Origin: a virus
Lineage: Duplodnaviria > Caudoviricetes
Direction: 5' to 3' (one strand)
Virus record (IMG/VR): IMGVR_UViG_3300031998_000005
Length of the DNA stretch: 64,000 nt
Shown here: positions 57,047-64,000 of the stretch, piece after piece
How positions within the stretch are numbered: the stretch's first letter is position 1
Layout: every line of letters begins with the position of its first letter
Translations under genes and position numbers: made by a program
Notes under the pieces: model-generated
What the model was told of the DNA's origin: nothing
Database searches by the model: none
The model's input: only the letters and a program-made list of their open reading frames with translations

Positions 57047-57091
57047 ATATAACAAGATACCTAATTCTACGTTGTAGGTAATTTGTTATAT
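57047..57091. repeat. inverted repeat ATATAACAAGATACCTA-N11-TAGGTAATTTGTTATAT
   Basis: Arms match at 15/17; same motif and 11-bp spacing as the early-promoter dyad. Confidence 0.8.
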
Positions 57092-57141
57092 AAGGTAGAT
57101 ATAGTATTATATTTATTTTGTATGTAATCCTGTGTGCATAC

Positions 57142-57169
57142 AAAAAGAGTTCCGATTGCTCGGAACTCT
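57142..57169 (-). terminator. intrinsic terminator
   Basis: AGAGTTCCGA/TCGGAACTCT stem plus U-tract. Confidence 0.8.
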
Positions 57170-57200
57170 CTTGATGATTTTGTCGTAATTGGAATACGGG

Positions 57201-58607
57201 TTAATCCTCTTCGGACCAAATTTTACGAGCGTATTCAGTTGCTTCCGCAGAACCAAAAGGAGAGCCATCCAAAGGACTACCACTCAACACGCCATCCACC
57301 CATTCTGCAAATTCATCGGCAGTTCCAGAATAACCACCAAAGCCATCCAATTCTCGCATAATGGCATACTTACCAACGATTTCGGCGGCATCAGCATCGT
57401 TAATCACAAAGTCATCGTTAGTATGCGACAAGATTTCATCACATACTGTATCTAATGCGGTTTCTGCGTTAGATACAACAAAGTGCGAAAGGCTACTCTC
57501 GTTCTTCTTGGAAACACTCTCTTTCTTCTTCTGCATAGAACAGATGTTGGACTTGCTTTCAAAACTACCCCAACCCGTTGCAGGAGTCAGTCCACTAGGA
57601 ACATCAAAGCCCTTTTCCTTAACAATCTTAATAAGTTCGGGCATATCTTGGGGGCATTCTGCCATCGCCAACCGCAGGGTATTATTAACCTGGGCTTGAT
57701 TACGAGGATTCCAATTTTTGAACATCGGGTGCATTTCTTGTAGTTTGGCAAGGCTTTCCTTCTTCTTCTGCATAGAACAGGTGTGCTTCTTGGCTTCCTT
57801 CTTCTTGGATTCATCCACATAAACAGCATTATACGGACCCATTTCCTTACCCGTAGCACCACGATAAATCATAGACAAGTCATCACGGAAACCAAATCCA
57901 GGATGCTTAAAGCCACTACCGTCTTCAGCCGTTGCACGATGACGACCGTTCTTCCAAGAATAGTTCATAATGAACTTACCGTTAGAAGTCACATCCACGG
58001 AGTCATTATCCTTCATCGTAATCTTTATCCCCATTGTGGGATATGCCTTACTGTAATAGTCCTCGTAGTCCTTCCAAAACTGCGGATTACGCCAACAAGA
58101 CATCTTACCAAAATCGGGATAGTTCTGGTGAATGTCATACAACATAAACATCTTTTCGTTTTTCTTGGCTTCCTTCTTCTTGGACTCCATCAAATCCAAA
58201 GCAGTAGTCCCTTCCTCGTTCGGCTCGCCATACTTCTTCCAAATGGCTTGGGCTTCATCGTTATACCACTTGACATCAAAATTGTCATCGGTATAAACAA
58301 CCTTGCCAACCGCCATATCGGTGTCCCAAACTTCGCCCGACTTTTCATCATAGGGCATATAGAAGTCGGAGTAGTCCATCACCATCAGATTGCGATGCTT
58401 ATAGCCAATCTTGGAACAAAGGGTGTAGCCGTCCTGCTGATACAGGTCTTCTTCTTCATCGTAGCCCTCGCCCCAACCCATAACGAAACACAACTCGGTC
58501 CCGTCATCAGTTGTTTCAAGAGTCTTCCACCACACCACCGAACCCGATGTAGTAAGGGTCTTGATAGCGGTGTTAAAGTCCTTTCCTGTAATCTTCTTCA
58601 GTGCCAT
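57201..58607 (-). CDS. putative cargo polyprotein (about 4 modules)
   Basis: Linkers MESKKKEAKKNE, DESKKKEAKKHTCSMQKKKES, FESKSNICSMQKKKESVSKKNE. Confidence 0.6.
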   Translation of the reverse strand: MALKKITGKDFNTAIKTLTTSGSVVWWKTLETTDDGTELCFVMGWGEGYDEEEDLYQQDGYTLCSKIGYKHRNLMVMDYSDFYMPYDEKSGEVWDTDMAVGKVVYTDDNFDVKWYNDEAQAIWKKYGEPNEEGTTALDLMESKKKEAKKNEKMFMLYDIHQNYPDFGKMSCWRNPQFWKDYEDYYSKAYPTMGIKITMKDNDSVDVTSNGKFIMNYSWKNGRHRATAEDGSGFKHPGFGFRDDLSMIYRGATGKEMGPYNAVYVDESKKKEAKKHTCSMQKKKESLAKLQEMHPMFKNWNPRNQAQVNNTLRLAMAECPQDMPELIKIVKEKGFDVPSGLTPATGWGSFESKSNICSMQKKKESVSKKNESSLSHFVVSNAETALDTVCDEILSHTNDDFVINDADAAEIVGKYAIMRELDGFGGYSGTADEFAEWVDGVLSGSPLDGSPFGSAEATEYARKIWSEED

Positions 58608-58626
58608 AATACACCTTTCCTTTGCC

Positions 58627-59298
58627 TTATTCGGCTTCTACGTTAATTTCCTTATATCCGTCCTTGAACGAATAAGTTTCAAACTGCTTTTTGACTTCTG
58701 CCAAGAACTTATCCGCATTCGCCTGCGTCATCTGTTCTTCGGTCAATTTCATAACCACATCCAGGTCATCTTCGGGATGGCGACCATAGGTATAGTCAAA
58801 ACTGCGACTAATACGCCCGTGAAGTGTATGTTCACGCCCAAAGTTGTAAAGCCAAATCTCGGCATAAGCGAAAATCTCGCAACCTTCGCTCCACCACTGA
58901 TTTTCAAAGTCGTAGAAGTCATCGGAACGGAGGTCGCATTCCACGCCTTCCTTCTCGCATTGTTCCTTGTAGGCATCTTCGCACTGCTCCTGCAAGTAAT
59001 CGTAGTCCTTGTCAATCTTGTCATCTGCGTAGCCTTGACCGACAATGTTGTAGGAAGTGGTCATCCAAGTCTTTTTAACACCGCCATCGTTGTGGGAGAT
59101 ATATCCGCTGTAATCATCACGCTCAATATCTTCCACACCATCACCTAGTTCATACCAGGCATCACACATACCGCCACAAGACTGATTCACGTCATAGTTT
59201 TCAAGGATTTCGGTAGCCCCGTCCTTGATAAAACTATCGTAGAACTTCGCCCCTGCGGAACCGCTAGACTCGTGAACTCGGATTTTCATTTTAGACAT
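58627..59298 (-). CDS. acidic putative cargo protein
   Basis: Leader MSKMKIRVHESS. Confidence 0.6.
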   Translation of the reverse strand: MSKMKIRVHESSGSAGAKFYDSFIKDGATEILENYDVNQSCGGMCDAWYELGDGVEDIERDDYSGYISHNDGGVKKTWMTTSYNIVGQGYADDKIDKDYDYLQEQCEDAYKEQCEKEGVECDLRSDDFYDFENQWWSEGCEIFAYAEIWLYNFGREHTLHGRISRSFDYTYGRHPEDDLDVVMKLTEEQMTQANADKFLAEVKKQFETYSFKDGYKEINVEAE

Positions 59299-59342
59299 AG
59301 GACTACTCTCCTTAAATCTTTCTCAATGCTGAAATATACATT

Positions 59343-60323
59343 TTATTTTTCAGTGAACTTGGACAGGTCGGCAGAACAAATCTCGTAAGTGCCCAAGTTG
59401 TAGTGGACTTTATCGCCCGAAGGCTTGACAATGCCCAACTCGGCAAGTTTCTGCAACAGCCTGCCGTCCATACTAGAACTTGCAAAAAATTCATTAGTGT
59501 CTAACGAATACCCAGGCAAGCACACAGAAACATCCGTATAAATCTCGCCATCGTCACACTCGGCAATCAAGGCAATACCATTCGTCATAGCGTATTGTTC
59601 CAAGCGGACCGTGAGATTATTTTCTTCCCCATAGGCTTTATACGTGAAATACTCCGTCCGCTTGCCGATAGGCAACTTACTCTTGCGAGCCTCGGCTACG
59701 CCTTCTTCAACCTTGTATTTGTTATACATTTCAATGGTCCACTGCTCGGCTTCTTCAACCGATGTGGTTTCCTTGATTTCACTACCATTAAAGTTTTCTG
59801 CAACATTGAACGTGAAAACACTTGCACTCAAACACACTTCCGCATCGGGAGAATACCAAGCGTCTACGACACCTGGAATGTCCGCAAGGTCGTTAATGTC
59901 GGACAACGAGCCAAACAATTCCCAATCCTTGCCGTTGCTATCCGCAGCAATCTGCTGCAAGGCATCACGGATAGATTCAACATCCACAAAAGCCACAAGT
60001 GCAGGAGCGGACGGCAAAACCGCCTTCTTGTATTCCTCCTGCATAACCTTTTCAACTTCTTCCCTGCTCGGACGGTCCTTAAAGGCAACCATAAGGTAAT
60101 TATCCTTTACGGTAGCCCTATCCACGTCAAGGGATATGTTTTCAATATCCCAAGCCACATCGGGGTCAAAATCCTCGGTGCCCTTGAATACCGCAAGTGC
60201 GTGTGCGGTATAACAAGACGGCAAGAAATCCCCAATTTCGTTCTTCAAGGACTGGGGAAGAAACAGGCTTTCGGCTTCCTGTTTCTTGCTCTCGTGCAAA
60301 CGGATAGACAATTTCTTGGACAT
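59343..60323 (-). CDS. putative cargo protein; C-terminal module resembles DUF4313
   Basis: Start moved to MSKKLSIRLHESKKQE; YAMTNGIALIAECDDGEIYTDVSVCLP...GIVKPSG (DUF match recalled from memory, unverified). Confidence 0.55.
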   Translation of the reverse strand: MSKKLSIRLHESKKQEAESLFLPQSLKNEIGDFLPSCYTAHALAVFKGTEDFDPDVAWDIENISLDVDRATVKDNYLMVAFKDRPSREEVEKVMQEEYKKAVLPSAPALVAFVDVESIRDALQQIAADSNGKDWELFGSLSDINDLADIPGVVDAWYSPDAEVCLSASVFTFNVAENFNGSEIKETTSVEEAEQWTIEMYNKYKVEEGVAEARKSKLPIGKRTEYFTYKAYGEENNLTVRLEQYAMTNGIALIAECDDGEIYTDVSVCLPGYSLDTNEFFASSSMDGRLLQKLAELGIVKPSGDKVHYNLGTYEICSADLSKFTEK

Positions 60324-60338
60324 TGTGATACACTCCAA

Positions 60339-60614
60339 TTACTTATATTTTTCCAACTGCTGAAAGACATAACTAAACGCATCGTTAATGCGTTCCTGCT
60401 TTCGGGCGAGATTTTCCGCAATTTCAGTAGCAGTGCCATACGCAGAATCGGCAGCACCATCTTGAATGTCTATAATACTCCCCCAAAGGGATTCTATGGG
60501 AGAGCGACTACCGATGATAGCAGAAATGTCTTTAAGTTCATCCTGCAAATTTTCAAACTCGCCCTGCAAGGACTCGTTGCTTTCGTGCAAACGGATAGAC
60601 AACTTTCTAGGCAT
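60339..60614 (-). CDS. putative cargo or core protein
   Basis: Leader MPRKLSIRLHESNES; directly after the protease gene. Confidence 0.6.
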   Translation of the reverse strand: MPRKLSIRLHESNESLQGEFENLQDELKDISAIIGSRSPIESLWGSIIDIQDGAADSAYGTATEIAENLARKQERINDAFSYVFQQLEKYK

Positions 60615-60617
60615 ACC

Positions 60618-61655
60618 TTAACCTCCAAGGATGTAAGAAATCAGGCTGCCATCATTGGCTTCGTCCTTCTTGATAGCCTTGGCTTCCAAGACCTTGAACG
60701 TCTGCGGTGCAGGCTGTTCACGCTCAATGCTTTCGTAAGTAGCACCCGCCTTGCGACGCTCCTTAACGTAATCTTCATTAAGCCCGTTCTTGTTGGCGAA
60801 TTTCAACTCACGGATAGTTTCTTCGGACATCTTGATTTCTTCCTGCAAGTCTTCCACGAACTTGACGATAGACTGCTTGATGTCCTCGGTCACCTCGGTA
60901 AAGTCTTCAAACTTATACGTGTCGTTAGAGCCGTCATCGCAGTTGGACATTTCACAGCCGTTCTTGTCAAGGCTTTCAACGATGTAGGTGCTTCCGTCAA
61001 GTTCAACGGGTGCCCCAAGTTCGTTAGCCAAGGAAAGCAGGCTTTCAGCAACACGTTCGTTCACGGATTCTTCAAGGGCTTCCTTCTTCTTGGATTCCGA
61101 AATAACCTTGGGCTGTGCGTCAAGGAAACCAGGGTCTTGAACAAAGTCAAAGCGTTCAAGTTTGTAAGTCTTGGGGTCAAGAATGTCGTTGCCATCTTCG
61201 TCCTTGCCTTCGTAGTCGCCATCGGCACGGGAACTGACATACATCGTAGTTCCTGCACGGAGAATGGTGTAAAGGGTCTTACCCATATCCGTATTGTAGA
61301 TGACCGATTCAGCAATGCCCGTCTTCCAATCAATGTTGCGGGTAATATGGGAGAACTTGCCCTCGGCAATATCTTCGTCAGTGATTTCGGCTTCGTGTCC
61401 GATACGACCGAACATCTGTCCGTTCTTGAGTTTGCGTTGCACATCTTCGTCTTGACCCGCAACTTCCCAAAGTTCTTCGGTGTAAAGACGATGATTACGG
61501 CTTACCTTGCCAGGGCAGAAATGCTGACCCTTGACAATGGCGAGAATAGTGCCGCCGCTCTTGGCAACCTCGGATTGAGCGGACTCGTCCACACGGGCAA
61601 TATCGTCCACGAACTCGCACTTAAACGGGATATAATCTTCTGCAATTTTCTGCAT
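60618..61655 (-). CDS. prohead core protease (T4 gp21-like)
   Basis: SRNHRLY, GRIGH, FSH, TDMGKTL, YVSSRADG, FDFVQDPGF motifs of the gp21 family. Confidence 0.88.
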   Translation of the reverse strand: MQKIAEDYIPFKCEFVDDIARVDESAQSEVAKSGGTILAIVKGQHFCPGKVSRNHRLYTEELWEVAGQDEDVQRKLKNGQMFGRIGHEAEITDEDIAEGKFSHITRNIDWKTGIAESVIYNTDMGKTLYTILRAGTTMYVSSRADGDYEGKDEDGNDILDPKTYKLERFDFVQDPGFLDAQPKVISESKKKEALEESVNERVAESLLSLANELGAPVELDGSTYIVESLDKNGCEMSNCDDGSNDTYKFEDFTEVTEDIKQSIVKFVEDLQEEIKMSEETIRELKFANKNGLNEDYVKERRKAGATYESIEREQPAPQTFKVLEAKAIKKDEANDGSLISYILGG

Positions 61656-61704
61656 AGTAAACTAACCTTCCTTATCTACAATAGGTGTAAATGCTACCAC
61701 AAGT

Positions 61705-62001
61705 TTATTCCTTGTAATCCATAATCTGCCTAATAAGGGCATCTGCCCATTCATCCATCGGGATTTCATCAAAAGACGAACCCCATACATCGGAGTAGAA
61801 CTCATTACTAGGTAAATCATTCATCACGTTGTTAATAAGTTTACCAAACGGACCGCTATTAAAAGAACCTAGACCTAGCATCAGTGTCCACCATCCCTCA
61901 CGTATTTTTTCAACGGCACGGATAAGGTCTTCTTTAGATTTTGGTTTTTCAAAATCTTCGTTCTGCTTGGTTTCGTGAACCTTGATAGTCATTCTACCCA
62001 T
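61705..62001 (-). CDS. putative cargo protein
   Basis: Leader MGRMTIKVHETKQNE. Confidence 0.6.
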   Translation of the reverse strand: MGRMTIKVHETKQNEDFEKPKSKEDLIRAVEKIREGWWTLMLGLGSFNSGPFGKLINNVMNDLPSNEFYSDVWGSSFDEIPMDEWADALIRQIMDYKE

Positions 62002-62005
62002 AAGG

Positions 62006-63625
62006 TTATTCTCCTAAAAATTCAATGAGATTTTCATACGGGGTTTCACCGAAATCTTCGTAGTTCAAGTAACTATCGTTAATATCATCCTTATCCCATA
62101 CAGCACGGATATTGTCTAACAACTTGCGGAGCAGTTTCTTATCATATCCTGCAAGGAACGCATTATAGAAATCAATCGCTGTAGGAATAAAGTCGGGGTC
62201 GTGTTCAAGCAACAGGTTAAGTGCTTCTTCATTATTCGTTTCGCCCACGACTCGTTTCCAATCTTCCACAAAATTCAAATCCCGTTCACTATCCCAACTA
62301 TAACGATAGGGATAACTACCATCCTTATCTGCGGGAGCATCTGTGTATTCGTCCCAACCCGCATAAAGCCACGGTTTGTCGGGTGTCGGAGCAGTTCCCG
62401 CAAAAAGTTCCTTCATAGTATCTACATCATTATTGAGAATAGCCCAACCCATAGGGTCGTGGTCATCCACGTAGAACCCATCAGCGGAACTTTCGTGTGT
62501 AACAATATCACCGCTACCATAGACAGAAGCAAGGTCAGCACCGTCGCCACGGGCTTCGGAGTGTTTAGCACGGGGCTTACGAGTAGCCCGCTTTACATTT
62601 CTTACAAAGTCATCCCACGAATCCCCTGGGTGCTTACGAACGCCTGCTGAAATACCTTTAAGAACAATATCCAAATCGTCCAAAGTATCACAAGTCATAT
62701 GCTGATGACCATACATAATGAAAGACACTTCATAATGCGTTTGAATATCACTAGAACCACCAAGACCCGTGAAAGTTTCAGTGTAGATAATGACTTCGCC
62801 ATAGGGAGAATTATAAACTATCTTCTGCTTTTTCGGGTCAATCTTGGCATCGGGGCTGTATTTCTGTGCGACTTTAAGAGCGTCCTGCAACGCCTTACGG
62901 TCCTTGGCATACATACTGCGATAAGGTGCTTGGTCGCCTGTGCGTTCAAGTTCATCGTCATCAAAGACGGATTCGGTAGGCTTTTCGTTCTTACGTCCGA
63001 CCACGCCTGTCGGTGCGACCCCAAGCGATGATGCAGATGCACCATCTTCGTTCTTAAAACCCTTGGACTTCTTCCAAACCGCATATTCGGACGGGTCATC
63101 AATCTTTGCAATAACCCCGTGGAAACCATCAGTTACCATATTGAACCAATCCTTCACAATCAGTTCAATCGCATCGTAAGCCATATCAAACGGCTCGTCC
63201 TGCAAGCCTTGATTTACAACCGCCACAATGGGTTCTGCACCAACTACGTGAATATCAAGAAGATGGGAGTCCGTGCCCTTACTATAAACGGAGTGGCAAG
63301 CGTCTTCATCCTTACGATAATCCGACTTGACATAGAAATACTTACCGCTCGGATTGTCAAACCCACGGATAAACAATCCCTTAATCACAGCGTTCAAGTC
63401 ATCCCATTGGTTAGACAAATCCACATCGTCCAAGACAGATTCCGAAATCTTCGTAGCAGAACGGATAGGAGCGGTCACACTTGCAAGGTCGCCAAAGTCG
63501 CCATAAGTGCGGGGGAGCAAGGATTCATAACGAGCCTGGGCTTCGTCCTTGTCCTTAAAGGCTTCAACTTTCTTCTTGCCGAAGAAATCCGTATAGGAAA
63601 TAGTCCAATTAAGTCCTTTTGTCAT
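62006..63625 (-). CDS. putative cargo polyprotein
   Basis: 539 aa; candidate linkers KISES, KNED, RKNEKPTES, KHSEA. Confidence 0.5.
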   Translation of the reverse strand: MTKGLNWTISYTDFFGKKKVEAFKDKDEAQARYESLLPRTYGDFGDLASVTAPIRSATKISESVLDDVDLSNQWDDLNAVIKGLFIRGFDNPSGKYFYVKSDYRKDEDACHSVYSKGTDSHLLDIHVVGAEPIVAVVNQGLQDEPFDMAYDAIELIVKDWFNMVTDGFHGVIAKIDDPSEYAVWKKSKGFKNEDGASASSLGVAPTGVVGRKNEKPTESVFDDDELERTGDQAPYRSMYAKDRKALQDALKVAQKYSPDAKIDPKKQKIVYNSPYGEVIIYTETFTGLGGSSDIQTHYEVSFIMYGHQHMTCDTLDDLDIVLKGISAGVRKHPGDSWDDFVRNVKRATRKPRAKHSEARGDGADLASVYGSGDIVTHESSADGFYVDDHDPMGWAILNNDVDTMKELFAGTAPTPDKPWLYAGWDEYTDAPADKDGSYPYRYSWDSERDLNFVEDWKRVVGETNNEEALNLLLEHDPDFIPTAIDFYNAFLAGYDKKLLRKLLDNIRAVWDKDDINDSYLNYEDFGETPYENLIEFLGE

Positions 63626-63636
63626 ACAAGCGACCC

Positions 63637-63942
63637 CTAGCGGTTATGAACCTTGATTTTAAGATGACTTTCAGTCTTGCCATTACCCAGGCTTTCAAGA
63701 TACTCAATCATAGCATCGCAAAATTCTGCAATCCGCAGTTCATCATAGGAACGTGGAGCGAACGAATCGCCATACAACGCATCTATAGCAGGGACATCTT
63801 CGCAGGCTTGGTTGAACCAACCACCATACTCGTTCTCACGCCCAGGAATTACAACGGCATCGGAGTTTATAAGGGTTTCGTTGAACCCATCACGCATTTT
63901 CTTAAAGCCGTCTATAAGTTCTTGTTTCGTAATGTTAGACAT
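63637..63942 (-). CDS. putative cargo protein with a C-terminal tag
   Basis: Ends in KTESHLKIKVHNR. Confidence 0.55.
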   Translation of the reverse strand: MSNITKQELIDGFKKMRDGFNETLINSDAVVIPGRENEYGGWFNQACEDVPAIDALYGDSFAPRSYDELRIAEFCDAMIEYLESLGNGKTESHLKIKVHNR

Positions 63943-64000
63943 CGGTTGTCTCCGTAAGTAATAAGTTCATCAGTAAAAATAATAACAAAACCAACCAAGC

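Noticed and set aside
56861-57055. N-terminal 65-aa extension of the scaffold ORF given in the ORF track
   Set aside because: It runs through promoter and UTR sequence. A strong AAGGAG SD supports the ATG at 56860.
59343-61655. Stop-codon readthrough or recoding joining the in-frame protease, 60339..60614 and 59343..60323
   Set aside because: The stops are TAA, each downstream gene has its own SD and leader, and TAA, TAG and TGA all terminate genes normally in this window.

Overview
This 64 kb window is a segment of a large contractile-tailed dsDNA phage with T4-like morphogenesis genes. Essentially every real gene is on the minus strand; the long plus-strand ORFs are antisense shadows. The right half (~35.3-64 kb) is the virion module: prohead protease (gp21-like), scaffold, major capsid protein (gp23-like), tail sheath, tube(s), assembly chaperone, tape measure and baseplate genes. 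The left half (1-35.3 kb) holds about 75 small, mostly unknown genes driven by 11 complete, near-identical TTGACA-N17-TATATT promoters that carry a TACCTA-N11-TAGGTA dyad, plus lemA and a coaE-like gene. The most striking signal is a probable capsid-cargo system. Twelve otherwise unrelated proteins begin with a shared 10-13 aa leader ending in Glu (M-S-K-L-K-I-K-V-H-E type), and a second tag, CSMQKKKES, occurs six times. Several large proteins, including a 1265-aa one, are strings of small domains joined by repeated ESKKSE/ESKKNE linkers that look like prohead-protease sites. Tagged genes surround the protease and capsid genes and also form three self-contained cassettes inside the early region. 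The inference is an expanded, modular T4 internal-protein-like system that packages, cleaves and injects a library of small effectors. All family assignments come from reading motifs by eye; no database searches were run.
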